DNA of 61,468 bases from an uncultured Bacilli bacterium (GTDB lineage: Bacteria; Bacillota_I; Bacilli_A; RF39; UBA660), in assembly GCA_944358355.1 (NCBI GenBank), contig CALVQY010000001.1, positions 1-61,468 of the forward strand. Direction: 5' to 3'. The position numbers and the translations under genes are program-made. Position 1 is the stretch's first letter. Each line of letters opens with the position of its first letter. Below are positions 47,350 to 58,042 of this stretch, piece by piece. Under the pieces are notes generated by a model, which saw nothing but the letters and a program-made list of their open reading frames with translations, was not told the DNA's origin and did not search any database.

Positions 47350-47606
47350 TATTTACTCACTTTTTCTAATCTATATGATTTTACTTGTTCTTTTCTCTCA
47401 TCATCTAAACAAAAAACTTCCACGAAACCATCTTCAGGATGTTTTTCTACAAACTCACTGGCATCAAAATTATCTTTAACTGCAAGCTTTAATCCTTGCA
47501 AATATAAAGCAGGATAATTATAACAAGCAGTCGATAACTTACTAAATCTATCGAATATTGATTCATCTTTATTAATTTTTTCTCTTATATTTAAATTTCT
47601 AACCAT
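47349..47606 (-). CDS. hypothetical small protein
   Basis: 85-89 aa. ATG at 47606 behind GAGGTG. No recognised motif. Confidence 0.45.
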   Translation of the reverse strand: MVRNLNIREKINKDESIFDRFSKLSTACYNYPALYLQGLKLAVKDNFDASEFVEKHPEDGFVEVFCLDDERKEQVKSYRLEKVSK

Positions 47607-47695
47607 AATACACCTCAATTTATCACTTCATGGCCATAGTATAACAAAAATTTATTATAAAAGCAAAAGAAAAATGCACTGTCTAAAAGTGCACT

Positions 47696-49645
47696 TTAAA
47701 ACTCTACATATCTATTAGTATTATAAATAGTTCCATCTACTTCTACATAAATAGAGTATTTTCCACTAAGACCATCTTCATTTATATATTTAGTAACACT
47801 AATACCTTCTTTAGTTTCTTCTTCTGTAAATATATCAACGCATAAAGCAGTATAAGGTTTCTTACTTATAGAAACATTATAAATATTTTTAGTCCCATTC
47901 TTATAAAGAATAACATTAACATCAGTACCTCTTTTAAACTTACCAATAAATACTAATCTATCAACTTCTTTAGTAATACTTATATTATGTTCTTCTTCTA
48001 TATCTTTAAAATCTTTGCTATTTAAGATAAAACCTAACTCACTACTAGTAACTTCAGTCTCTCCTAAACTACCAACAGACTCCGCCTTATCTAAAGTAAA
48101 GTTTTCATTTTCAGGATATAAGCTCATCTTTTCTACTCGATAATTATTTGAAGGTAAAACTATTTCAAAGATAATCTCCCTATCTTTATATTCAACAGTA
48201 TCACTAACTAAACGGTCAGCCCCACTAATTCCAGCCGGTTGATTAGAGTTCTTTCCATCTACATAAACTATACCACCAGAATGAATTATATAATGGTCAC
48301 TATCTAAATAATCAACATCAGATATATACGGAGAATAAAACTCACTACCACGTTCTTTACCATATTCAAATACTTGCTCAATAGTCATTTCTTCTGTATC
48401 TATCTTATACATAACGCCACGAGAATAACTATCTTCTGCAGAAATATATTCATCTTCATTTTTAGATTTATTATTACCATTATCAAAGATAAATACATAA
48501 CCTTCTGGAGTAATCATCGCTGCGTGTTGGCTCCATTGCCACTCAAAATCATCACCTACTGGTGTAAAGAAATACTTCTGATATTCTTCACTCCAGTTAG
48601 TAGGGTCTCCTATTATCCAGTTTAAATCACCACTAACATAATCTATATTAATAACAGCATCTTGATGTCTACCAGATAAAGTTATTGAATTAGACTCTTC
48701 ATCATACCAAACAGAATTATTATGAAACCAGTCATATTGTGTCCAGTTTTCACTCTTACCATCTTCCATATTTAAGATATCTTTCAAATCAAAACTCTTA
48801 ACAACTTCTCCAGTCTCTCTATCAAGTTCAACAATATAGTCTTCTACAGTACCATCACCACTAGTAAAATCATCACTTGCTACTAACAAATTACCATTAG
48901 GCATTTCATAATAATCATGATGATAACCTCCTGGCAGACTATATTCTTTATATATCTTACCTAACATATCCATCTCATATAATCCAGTCATATAATAAGG
49001 ACTATTAACTAATCTTTCTGTACTTAACATCATATGTCCATTATCAAGTCTATTAACCTCCCAAATAGAATTAATAGTTAAATACCATCTAACATCACCA
49101 TTTACATCATATGCACATGTATAACCACCACTAGATGGCGTAAAGAAATATAAATCATTACTTAACTCATCTTTATCTGCATCAACAGAAGTAGGTAAAA
49201 TAAAATCATCTGGTAAAGCCTCAGTAGTAATTGTAAATTCTTTTTTTTCATCACCATATTCTACAACTACAGTATTATCTCTATCAGGATAAAGACCATA
49301 TATAGGTAAATAATGTTCAGTTCCTTCATCAAAAGTATATTCATAAGTACTAAGTTTATCTTCACCTTCAATAGTAACTTTAGGACTAACGGATGTCTCG
49401 GTCTTAAAGATAATCAATGCTGTTAAAGGTGAAATCTCATAAGGATTAACAATTACATCAGCATTATCAATATCTTTCAACTCTGTAGGAAAATCCTCCT
49501 CTAACTTACTTTCCTCCTCTATTAAACTACTAACAACTTTCACTTCTTTGCTATTAGTACTTAAATTATTAAAAACAAGTAAACAACCAACAACAAGTAT
49601 TAAAATAATAACTACAACTATTATAACAATTTTCTTTTTCTTCAT
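47696..49645 (-). CDS. arylsulfotransferase (ASST)-family protein with an N-terminal membrane anchor
   Basis: The blocks YDWFHNNSVWYDEESNSITLSGRHQDAVINID and W.WSQHAAMITPEG match ASST beta-propeller motifs. Start chosen at the ATG at 49645 behind GGAGGAG. Confidence 0.7.
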   Translation of the reverse strand: MKKKKIVIIVVVIILILVVGCLLVFNNLSTNSKEVKVVSSLIEEESKLEEDFPTELKDIDNADVIVNPYEISPLTALIIFKTETSVSPKVTIEGEDKLSTYEYTFDEGTEHYLPIYGLYPDRDNTVVVEYGDEKKEFTITTEALPDDFILPTSVDADKDELSNDLYFFTPSSGGYTCAYDVNGDVRWYLTINSIWEVNRLDNGHMMLSTERLVNSPYYMTGLYEMDMLGKIYKEYSLPGGYHHDYYEMPNGNLLVASDDFTSGDGTVEDYIVELDRETGEVVKSFDLKDILNMEDGKSENWTQYDWFHNNSVWYDEESNSITLSGRHQDAVINIDYVSGDLNWIIGDPTNWSEEYQKYFFTPVGDDFEWQWSQHAAMITPEGYVFIFDNGNNKSKNEDEYISAEDSYSRGVMYKIDTEEMTIEQVFEYGKERGSEFYSPYISDVDYLDSDHYIIHSGGIVYVDGKNSNQPAGISGADRLVSDTVEYKDREIIFEIVLPSNNYRVEKMSLYPENENFTLDKAESVGSLGETEVTSSELGFILNSKDFKDIEEEHNISITKEVDRLVFIGKFKRGTDVNVILYKNGTKNIYNVSISKKPYTALCVDIFTEEETKEGISVTKYINEDGLSGKYSIYVEVDGTIYNTNRYVEF

Positions 49646-49718
49646 AGTATCTCCTCCATTCACTTTTATTTTACTTTATAAAACTATAGTAAGTAAATAA
49701 AACATCAGTTGAAAAAAC

Positions 49719-50429
49719 TCAACTATTAGTTGAGTCAAAACAATCATCATCAAAACTTAAAGGAACTTCATAAGTAATAGTCTTATCATCAAGACTAGTA
49801 GCATTTATCTCTAATACTAACTGATTATTTTTAAATATTTTACAACTACTAGCATAATCATCCACTGTAAAATCAATACTATTAAGTAAACCAGAAAGAG
49901 TATCTACATCACTATTATCACTTTCACAACTACTAATCTTTGTCTTAGCATCACCATTAACATCATAAAGATTACAACTTAAACTTTTATATTCAGTATC
50001 ATCATCACTATTATTATAGTTAATACTAGATATATAAATAGAAGACTTATCAGGAGAAAAAGCTAAAACACCACTGACATCAAAATCATTAGAATCAGTC
50101 TCTAACACTTTAAACTCATAAGTTTCTTTATGTACGACAAAAAACACAAAAATACCAACCACACAAATACCTAAAACTGTTATAGGAATAAATATTTTCT
50201 TGTTTAATTTTTTCTTGTTCTTGACACTTCCCTCTAACAGTTCATCTATATTAACATTAAATAACTCACTAATAGTTTTAAGAATAGCAATATCAGGAAT
50301 ACTCTTACCATTCTCCCATTTACTAACCGCTTGATAAGTAACACCTAACTTTCTTGCAAGTTCATCTTGTGTTAAGTTATTATCTTTTCTAAGTTTCTTT
50401 ATAAATTTACCAATTTTCTCTTGATCCAT
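49719..50429 (-). CDS. membrane-anchored XRE-family HTH regulator with an extracytoplasmic C-terminal domain
   Basis: HTH IGKFIKKLRKDNNLTQDELARKLGVTYQAVSKWENGKSIPD, one TM helix and a ~130-aa C-terminal domain. Confidence 0.8.
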   Translation of the reverse strand: MDQEKIGKFIKKLRKDNNLTQDELARKLGVTYQAVSKWENGKSIPDIAILKTISELFNVNIDELLEGSVKNKKKLNKKIFIPITVLGICVVGIFVFFVVHKETYEFKVLETDSNDFDVSGVLAFSPDKSSIYISSINYNNSDDDTEYKSLSCNLYDVNGDAKTKISSCESDNSDVDTLSGLLNSIDFTVDDYASSCKIFKNNQLVLEINATSLDDKTITYEVPLSFDDDCFDSTNS

Positions 50430-50443
50430 TAGCATCACCTTCT

Positions 50444-51058
50444 CTAAAAGACTTTTTCAATATTAACTAGTTTTTTATCATCAAACTCTAATTTAAAAGT
50501 AATACAATTAAATACATTATCCTCTAAAATAACTTTATCTTTAAATGTTATATATTTATCTACTAAATTAACATTACACCATTGCTTTAATAACCAAAGA
50601 ATTGCACTACCATGCGAAACAATAACAACTCTTTTATCTTTATATTCATCTATTACATCCATTAAAGCCTTATATACTCTTTCTCTTACTTCTTTTTGAC
50701 TCTCTCCATCTCCCACTTTATAATTCTCATCATCATTTTGTCTTAAACCAAAGTCAGTTGGTAATTCATCCCAAGAATTAATACCAAACTTTCTTTCTCC
50801 AAAAGATGAATTAACTATTAAGTTTAATTTATTGATATTTGATATGTATTTAGCAGTTGACATCGCTCTAACATAATTACTAGAAATAACAACATCTATA
50901 TTTTGAAGTTCACTTTCTTTACTTATATTAAATGCTAATTCTTCTCCTTCAATAGATAAAGGCATCTTCTCATTTTGTAACTGTAAACTTTCATCATTAT
51001 AATCATTATTTATATCTTTTAATGCTATAGAATGTCTCATTAAATAAATAGTTGTCAT
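50444..51058 (-). CDS. histidine phosphatase (phosphoglycerate-mutase-like) family protein
   Basis: 204 aa. The RHS catalytic motif (IYLMRHS) and SHGSAI. Confidence 0.8.
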   Translation of the reverse strand: MTTIYLMRHSIALKDINNDYNDESLQLQNEKMPLSIEGEELAFNISKESELQNIDVVISSNYVRAMSTAKYISNINKLNLIVNSSFGERKFGINSWDELPTDFGLRQNDDENYKVGDGESQKEVRERVYKALMDVIDEYKDKRVVIVSHGSAILWLLKQWCNVNLVDKYITFKDKVILEDNVFNCITFKLEFDDKKLVNIEKVF

Positions 51059-51117
51059 ATAATCTGATTAACCTCCTATAAATTTATAATATTATTATAA
51101 CACATATATAATTTTTA

Positions 51118-51151
51118 TGAAAAAAAGACCGTTGATAAAGCCAACCGTCTT
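51118..51151 (-). terminator. intrinsic terminator after xth
   Basis: AAGACCGTTG (51125-51134) pairs with CAACCGTCTT (51142-51151) with one mismatch. It is followed by a U run on the minus strand. Confidence 0.65.
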
Positions 51152-51903
51152 TACTTAACTTCTAATTCTATAGGACAGTGATCACTTCCAAACACTTCAC
51201 TGTCTATTTTCATATCTTTTACATTATCTATAAATCTATTTGACACTAGAAAATAGTCAATTCTCCAGCCAATGTTCTTCTCTCTTGCTCGCCCCATATA
51301 ACTCCACCAAGTATAAGAATCTGTTTTATCTTTATATAGATAACGATAAACATCAGTAAAGCCGCCATCTAATAGTCTTGTAAATGCATCCCGTTCTTCT
51401 ATAGTAAAACCTGCATTACCAACATTACCTTTAGGATTAGCAAGATCTATTTCTTTATGAGCGACATTAAAGTCTCCACAAACAATAACAGGCTTCTTCT
51501 TATCAAGACTCTGTAAATATTTAAGAAAGTCTTCTTCCCAAGTCATTCTATAGGAAAGTCTTGACAAGTCTCTCTTGACATTAGGAACATATACACAGAC
51601 TAAGAAGAAGTCATCATATTCAAGTGTTATAACTCTACCTTCATGGTCATGTATGTCAACATCTATTCCATATGCCACATCAATAGGTTTAACTCTAGAA
51701 TAAACTGCTACTCCAGAATAACCTTTCTTATCAGCAGTATTTAAATAAAAGTTATACTCATCTGGTCTAAAGGGAATCTCACTTTCAACAGCTTTCACTT
51801 CTTGTAGACAATAAATATCAGCATTACTTTCTTTAAAGAAGTCTTCAAAACCTTTCTTTAAACAAGCTCTAAAACCTGCCACATTAAAAGATACTATCTT
51901 CAT
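51151..51903 (-). CDS. xth: exodeoxyribonuclease III
   Basis: 250 aa. MKIVSFNVAGFRA..., LQEVK, GDFNVAH, WRIDY, SDHCP are canonical ExoIII/APE motifs. Confidence 0.95.
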   Translation of the reverse strand: MKIVSFNVAGFRACLKKGFEDFFKESNADIYCLQEVKAVESEIPFRPDEYNFYLNTADKKGYSGVAVYSRVKPIDVAYGIDVDIHDHEGRVITLEYDDFFLVCVYVPNVKRDLSRLSYRMTWEEDFLKYLQSLDKKKPVIVCGDFNVAHKEIDLANPKGNVGNAGFTIEERDAFTRLLDGGFTDVYRYLYKDKTDSYTWWSYMGRAREKNIGWRIDYFLVSNRFIDNVKDMKIDSEVFGSDHCPIELEVK

Positions 51904-51910
51904 AACCCAC

Positions 51911-52918
51911 CTACTTACTATTCATTGCTTGTAAAGCAGTTATCGCAACAACTCCTACTATATCATTAGCATTACAACCACGTGATAAATCATTAACAGG
52001 TTTAGCAAGGCCTTGAGTAACAGGTCCATATGCTTTCGCATGAGCAAGTCGCTCTGTAATCTTATAACCAATGTTTCCTGCATCTAAATCTGGAAATATC
52101 AAGACATTAGCTTTACCTGCTACTTTACTATTAGGAGCTTTACTCTTAGCAACCTCAGGAACAACAGCAGCATCAAATTGTAACTCTCCATCTAAATTAA
52201 TATCAGGATACTCTTTCTTAGCCATCTCAACTGCCTTTACTACTTTATCAACATCAGCACATTTAGAAGAACCAAAAGTAGAATGAGAAAGGAAAGCTAC
52301 ATTAGGTTCTTCTTCTACTAATAATCTAAATGTATTAGCGCTCTCTTTTCCAATCTCAACTAACTCTTCACTACTAGGATTTTGTATCATTCCACAATCA
52401 GAATAAACAAATACTCCATTAGAACCATAATCACAATTAGGAACAACCATTAAAAAGAAAGCAGAAGCAACTTTTGTATCTTTACTAGTCTTAATTATCT
52501 GTAAAGCAGGTCTTAAAGTATCAGCACTACTGTGACATGCACCAGAAACGACACCATCAGCATATCCAACTTTAACCAACATATTAGCAAAATAAACATA
52601 ATCATTTAAAATAGTATCTTTAGCTTGCTCTAAACTAATACCTTTATGCTTTCTAAGTTCATAATAATCATTAATTAACTTTTCACTATCACTAAAAGTC
52701 AAAGGATCAATAATAGTAACCCCATTAATATCAATATTATTATCTTTAGCAAGACTTCCTATCTCACTTTCTTTACCTATTAAAATGATATCAACGAAAG
52801 CTTCTTTTTTTATGGTAGAAGCAGCTTCTAACACTCTAACATCATTAGATTCAGGTAAAACTATTTTCTTAAAATCATCTTTAACTCTTATTTTTATTCT
52901 ATCAATAAATTCCATCAA
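51911..52918 (-). CDS. pta: phosphate acetyltransferase
   Basis: 335 aa. PTA_PTB family blocks (VLPES.D.RVLEA, ADGVVSGA.HS.ADTLRPALQII, LSRG). Confidence 0.93.
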   Translation of the reverse strand: MMEFIDRIKIRVKDDFKKIVLPESNDVRVLEAASTIKKEAFVDIILIGKESEIGSLAKDNNIDINGVTIIDPLTFSDSEKLINDYYELRKHKGISLEQAKDTILNDYVYFANMLVKVGYADGVVSGACHSSADTLRPALQIIKTSKDTKVASAFFLMVVPNCDYGSNGVFVYSDCGMIQNPSSEELVEIGKESANTFRLLVEEEPNVAFLSHSTFGSSKCADVDKVVKAVEMAKKEYPDINLDGELQFDAAVVPEVAKSKAPNSKVAGKANVLIFPDLDAGNIGYKITERLAHAKAYGPVTQGLAKPVNDLSRGCNANDIVGVVAITALQAMNSK

Positions 52919-52983
52919 ATCATCTCCATTAACATTTTATCAAAGCAAAAGATTTAAGTCTATAACAAATATAATTTATTACA

Positions 52984-53055
52984 AAAGAAAAATAGGGAGC
53001 CCTCCGTTTTCCCATAGGCCCCTTGCAAAAATGATTTAACATTTTTTCTCGCATA
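52984..53055 (-). repeat. ~70-nt module A: conserved 35-nt box + GC hairpin + U run (tandem with 53098-53166)
   Basis: The minus strand reads TATGCGAGAAAAAATGTTAAATCATTTTTGCAAGGGGCC..GGCTCCCTATTTTT. Confidence 0.6.
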
Positions 53056-53097
53056 ACAATACAAAATCAATAACTTAAACTATCTTTTATGTATTAT

Positions 53098-53166
53098 AAG
53101 AAAAATAGGGCTCCATCGAAAGACAGTGCCCTTGCAAAAATGATTTAACATTTTTTTCTTGCATAT
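53098..53166 (-). repeat. ~70-nt module B, which also serves as the terminator of the YfhO-like gene
   Basis: The minus strand reads TATGCAAGAAAAAAATGTTAAATCATTTTTGCAAGGGC..GCCCTATTTTT. Confidence 0.6.
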
Positions 53167-53190
53167 CTAATATATCATATATGAACAGAA

Positions 53191-55698
53191 TTAATCAACA
53201 TTTTTTCTAGTTTTCTTTTGACATATTACACTTCCTACAAACAAAACTAAACCAACAAAAGATATAACTAATCCTTCTTTAAATAAAGGAGAGACATAAA
53301 CAATTCTAATATTGTGATTACCTTTACTAATATCAAAACCAATAAAACTCTTATTAACAACTTCATAATCAGTTTTAACATCATCTACATATATTTCAAA
53401 CCCTTTATCATAAGGAATAGATAGTTTAAAGTAACCATCATCTTTCACATTAATATTACCTTCTATAACATCACCTTTAGTCTTATCTCTATCAATAACA
53501 AAAGGAGATATTTCATCATTAATAGATACTAAATCATTATAATCATATAAAGCCATATCAAAGTCAGTTAATCTAAACTTACCCTCACTAAAAGTAATTT
53601 CTAAAGTATCTCCACTCAAAGAATATTCAAAATTATAATTATTATTATGATACTTCCATCTTCTACAACTAAGTTTATTACTAACTCCATTAATAGTAAT
53701 ATAAGAATCATCTTCACTACACTTATTATCATAAAGCATCTTAAATCTTAAAAGTAAAATATCACTATCACTAACATTATTTAATTTAACAACTAACTTA
53801 TTATTTTTAGAAGCTTTAATAAAATATTTACCATTATCCTCTTCTATACTTAAATTCTTACTTTCTAAAACATTATAATTTGGAACATAGTCTTTTACTT
53901 TCTTAACATAACTATCACTATAATCGTCATCTACAATAGCATAATTCAAATAAGCATCTAACTTCTCAAAATAAGACAAACTATTATACTCATCCAAGCT
54001 CATTATCTTACTAGTACTATATCCAACAGGTAGGACATCTTTATTTCTATAAATACCATCAGAAACTCTCTCATAACCTAACATATTATTACTACTATTA
54101 AGTAAATACTTATTACCCATATAAAAGTTATAGAAAATATTATTATTACCTGTAAGCATTCCATAACTCCTATAAATAAACTCATTATTAATTAAATTAT
54201 TATAGAAATCTTTATAATAAGAATTAGATAAAGAAGAATAAATACTACCAGTATAGTAATCTACATCATAAATATAATTAGATTTATCTAACTTAACTTT
54301 TTGATCACTCATTCTATAAAAACTATTATCATTGTCTAATACCTGTTTTACTTTAGAACTAGTCTCTTCATAATCTAAAGTATCATAAAACTCTTTAGTT
54401 ACAAAGATATCAGAAAAGTTAGTAGGAATAACAATAATTAATGAAAGAATAGAAAGATAAACATATAGAACATATTTTTTTTCTAGCTTAAAACTTATTA
54501 ATATAAAGATAATTAAAATAACCATATCAACAACAAACAATAAACATAAATATTGTTCTTTACAAACGAAAACAAGAAGATTAATAATAGCAATTATTAA
54601 AGAGATAATAATACTAATCTTTAACTTACTTTTATTACTAAAAACATTCTTAAGGAAATAACCAATTAAAAGAACAGCAAGAGGAAGTAATGGTATAAAA
54701 GCCTTACCATTCAAGTACATTCCCCCATTAAATACATAATCAAAAATAGGAAAAACTAATAAAATACTAAAGATTATACTAATTACTTTAACTTCTTTTT
54801 TCTTAGTAACAATTCCATATATTAAAGCTATTATAAAGATAGCACTGCTTCCTAAAGAATAAGATGAATATAAAGTATTAGAAATATCAAAGTTAGGAAT
54901 AAGTAATCCTAGTAATGAAATATCCTTATTGGTGGCAGTTCTACCACTAAGTAAAGCTGATGCCGTTGGAAGTAATAGAAAACAACTCAAAAGAACTGGT
55001 ATTAACATTATAAAGATAAACTTAAAGCCTTCTTTAAAGAAATCTTTTACTGTATTATCTTCTATATATCTATAAATACCATAAAGCAAAACACAAACTA
55101 ATCCTACAACACTAAAGTAATAACTAGTTAAAATCATTAAGAAGATAGATATAACTAATAAAGATATTTTCTTCTTATCAAAATACTTATCAACACCTAT
55201 TAAAGCCATAAGTAAAAACGGCATATAATCTACAAACATAATATGGCGATGCAAATGAAAAATAAAACAACCTGCAGTTAAAAATAATAAAGTACTAACA
55301 AAACTAACTTTTGAATCAAATCTTCTTCTTAAAAAATAATACATTAAAATAATACTTATTATTAAACATACAATCATACTAAACTCAATATAAGTCATCA
55401 TAGATACAAAAGGTAATAAATAAGAAATTAAAATAATAGGATTAAAAAGTCCATAATAAGAAATATTATAAATATTTTGTCCCCCTCCAAGATTAAAAGC
55501 AAAGTTAGGAAAAAAGTCTCCTGTATCATAGAATAGTTTTCTTAAATAATCAGGAAACATAATGTGTTGACTAAGCCAGTCTTTTTTAGAGCCAAAAAAA
55601 TTAGTAAAGTTAACAAGTATTAAGACAATAACTAAACTAATAATAATTAAAGTTAAAACACTAATAATGTCATTTTTATATTTACTTAATTTCTTCAT
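53191..55698 (-). CDS. YfhO-family polytopic membrane protein (GT-C type glycosyltransferase candidate)
   Basis: 835 aa. About 14 TM segments in the first 440 aa, a large extracytoplasmic domain and a C-terminal TM helix. This is the YfhO architecture. Confidence 0.7.
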   Translation of the reverse strand: MKKLSKYKNDIISVLTLIIISLVIVLILVNFTNFFGSKKDWLSQHIMFPDYLRKLFYDTGDFFPNFAFNLGGGQNIYNISYYGLFNPIILISYLLPFVSMMTYIEFSMIVCLIISIILMYYFLRRRFDSKVSFVSTLLFLTAGCFIFHLHRHIMFVDYMPFLLMALIGVDKYFDKKKISLLVISIFLMILTSYYFSVVGLVCVLLYGIYRYIEDNTVKDFFKEGFKFIFIMLIPVLLSCFLLLPTASALLSGRTATNKDISLLGLLIPNFDISNTLYSSYSLGSSAIFIIALIYGIVTKKKEVKVISIIFSILLVFPIFDYVFNGGMYLNGKAFIPLLPLAVLLIGYFLKNVFSNKSKLKISIIISLIIAIINLLVFVCKEQYLCLLFVVDMVILIIFILISFKLEKKYVLYVYLSILSLIIVIPTNFSDIFVTKEFYDTLDYEETSSKVKQVLDNDNSFYRMSDQKVKLDKSNYIYDVDYYTGSIYSSLSNSYYKDFYNNLINNEFIYRSYGMLTGNNNIFYNFYMGNKYLLNSSNNMLGYERVSDGIYRNKDVLPVGYSTSKIMSLDEYNSLSYFEKLDAYLNYAIVDDDYSDSYVKKVKDYVPNYNVLESKNLSIEEDNGKYFIKASKNNKLVVKLNNVSDSDILLLRFKMLYDNKCSEDDSYITINGVSNKLSCRRWKYHNNNYNFEYSLSGDTLEITFSEGKFRLTDFDMALYDYNDLVSINDEISPFVIDRDKTKGDVIEGNINVKDDGYFKLSIPYDKGFEIYVDDVKTDYEVVNKSFIGFDISKGNHNIRIVYVSPLFKEGLVISFVGLVLFVGSVICQKKTRKNVD

Positions 55699-55707
55699 AA
55701 GTCCCCC

Positions 55708-56811
55708 CTAACTAATTGTAATACTACTATTAACAGGTACTACTTGTATCATCGTATTACCATCACTAACAACTAACTCATTACCACTATAATAATAATG
55801 AGTCTTACCACTTCTTGAATCTTTACTCCAAGTAATAGGAACAGCATATCCATTAGTAATGTAATATCCTTCCCCACTACCTACAGTATCTAAATCTTGT
55901 CTTCCATAACTATCAAGTGTACTATTATTAACTTTCATAATAATTATATTTTTATAATGATACCCTTCCCCGCTATCTCTATCAGTATGCGGACTATTAT
56001 TCATATAACGTAAATAATATCTATTAGTAGAATCATAAGTATAACTTCTAACCTCGCTATAAGAATATGTCATACTAACATTATTGGCAGTTAACAAGTC
56101 ACTTGTAGTATCAAAATTAACATCATCAGGAGTATAATTCAAAAGACTATAATTATCACTAGTAGTACTATAACCTTTACTTCCTGCAACATTATATAAA
56201 TCTTCTATACTAGTAAAAACATTATGAGGTGCGGCAATATTATAATTACGATAATAACCATTATCATAAAGTCCATTAATATTATTAACACCTAAAGCTC
56301 TAATATCATTTTGTGCAAAAGTACTCCATCCATAGTGAGCATAAATAGCATCACTCTCAAGTGCATAATCTAAAAAATAATGCCTACTACTCCTAACAGG
56401 ACCAATAACACTAGTATTAACATCTTTAAAAATAGCCATTATACGAGTTAATCCTCCTTCTACAATTATCTCATAAGTTAAATAAGCATCTTGTAATCCT
56501 ACGTGAGCATTATTACCAACATTATTATCAATCATAACGGCAATAGGACGTTTATTACTATTAGCATCATAAACAGTTAAATCCTTTTTAGGGACAGTGC
56601 TAGCATCATCTATTTTCACATTTTCTTTTTTATTAGATTTATTATCATTGATAGACAATAAAAAATAGAAAAGCCCTATTAACATTAAAAGTAATGCTAC
56701 ACTAATAACACTAATCATAATTATTTTCTTTTTATTATGATTAGGTTTAATTCTAACCTCTCCTAAAGATTTTGGCTTTCTCACGACTACCACCCAACTA
56801 AATTTTAGCAC
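55708..56811 (-). CDS. DUF3048-family (YerB-like) exported protein, paralog 1
   Basis: KRPIAVMIDNN...GLQDAYLTYEIIVEGGLTRIMAIFKD...GPVRSSRHYFLDYA. The true start is probably the internal GTG at about 56784. Confidence 0.8.
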   Translation of the reverse strand: MLKFSWVVVVRKPKSLGEVRIKPNHNKKKIIMISVISVALLLMLIGLFYFLLSINDNKSNKKENVKIDDASTVPKKDLTVYDANSNKRPIAVMIDNNVGNNAHVGLQDAYLTYEIIVEGGLTRIMAIFKDVNTSVIGPVRSSRHYFLDYALESDAIYAHYGWSTFAQNDIRALGVNNINGLYDNGYYRNYNIAAPHNVFTSIEDLYNVAGSKGYSTTSDNYSLLNYTPDDVNFDTTSDLLTANNVSMTYSYSEVRSYTYDSTNRYYLRYMNNSPHTDRDSGEGYHYKNIIIMKVNNSTLDSYGRQDLDTVGSGEGYYITNGYAVPITWSKDSRSGKTHYYYSGNELVVSDGNTMIQVVPVNSSITIS

Positions 56812-56890
56812 AGTTTAAATAATAATTAAACTTTAAAGGAAAAGTTTCCAAAACTTGACAAAAAAAGACTAGACTTTATAACTATCTAAT

Positions 56891-57766
56891 CTATAATTCT
56901 TTAACCCATTCAACAATCAAATCAGCAGTTTCCTTCTCTTTTCCTATATAAGTATGACCTGTATCTTTAATAATAGCAGATTTAAAACTAGGACAAGAAA
57001 TAGCTTTTTCTTTTATTAATTGTAAATCCTCATCTACACTTCTAATAATAATATCATCTAAAGAACTTTCAAAAGCCAACAAAGGAACAACAATAGTTGA
57101 AAGTTGTGTAAATAAATTAGGATTTCTATAAATAGGAAGATTATCTACTGCTCCATTTTCTTTACTTATACTTAAGAATGTTTTAGCACTAATTTCATAC
57201 TCATCCCACAAAACATAACTAAGTATATGATTCTCATCATTATTTTCAACATATTTTCTTGCCTCTTCAAGCATTTCCTTATAATGAGGTTCATACTTTT
57301 TCATTCTACATAATCCACACATATCAGGAGGAGATGCAAGAATAACACCAATAATATTTTTATTAATCTTCTTGGACATATAATATATAACTTTATTAGC
57401 ACCTAAACTATGACCTAATAAAACAAGTTTTTTGTAACCTAGTTTTAAAGCTACCTCTACAAACAAATCAATATCATACAAACACTCTTCAAAAATTTCA
57501 TAAGTTGTTCCTATTCTTTTCACTTCATCATTTTTACATATAACATCATTTATATAAGAATGTCCTCTAGTATGTCCAAAAATAAAACCAATATCATTCT
57601 TACAAAGAGTATCACCCCATACTTGAGCAAATTTATTTATTAATATATTACCAGACATCCCATGAACACAAATAACACAAGTATTTTTACTTTTACTTTC
57701 ATAATGAATAATAGGTAAATTTAATCCATCAGCAGTATATTCATTTATAATCTCCATCAAATTCAT
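56891..57766 (-). CDS. alpha/beta hydrolase
   Basis: 291 aa. Nucleophile elbow GHSLG, VHGMSGN near the N-terminus, and a C-terminal His (GHTY). Confidence 0.75.
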   Translation of the reverse strand: MNLMEIINEYTADGLNLPIIHYESKSKNTCVICVHGMSGNILINKFAQVWGDTLCKNDIGFIFGHTRGHSYINDVICKNDEVKRIGTTYEIFEECLYDIDLFVEVALKLGYKKLVLLGHSLGANKVIYYMSKKINKNIIGVILASPPDMCGLCRMKKYEPHYKEMLEEARKYVENNDENHILSYVLWDEYEISAKTFLSISKENGAVDNLPIYRNPNLFTQLSTIVVPLLAFESSLDDIIIRSVDEDLQLIKEKAISCPSFKSAIIKDTGHTYIGKEKETADLIVEWVKEL

Positions 57767-57803
57767 ACCTTTCTAATGTTTATAATATTTATCAAAAATA
57801 TTA

Positions 57804-58025
57804 CTACCTTACAAGTTTCTTAACATAAGGACTTTCCACAGATTTATATCCTTTAAATGTTTCTGTACTAGCAATATCTTCTCTTCTATTTTGTAAAGCA
57901 ATAAGTTCATTTGCATTATTAAATTCAAACGCATCAACTTTATCAATGCTTTTTACAACTTTACTTGACCTTACAACACTAGTACCAGGCAAAGCTTTTT
58001 CTTTCATTTTATCTGCCATTCCCAT
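57804..58025 (-). CDS. hypothetical small protein
   Basis: 73-aa ORF with GGAGG upstream. No motif. Confidence 0.4.
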   Translation of the reverse strand: MGMADKMKEKALPGTSVVRSSKVVKSIDKVDAFEFNNANELIALQNRREDIASTETFKGYKSVESPYVKKLVR

Positions 58026-58042
58026 AATTTAAAACCTCCATA

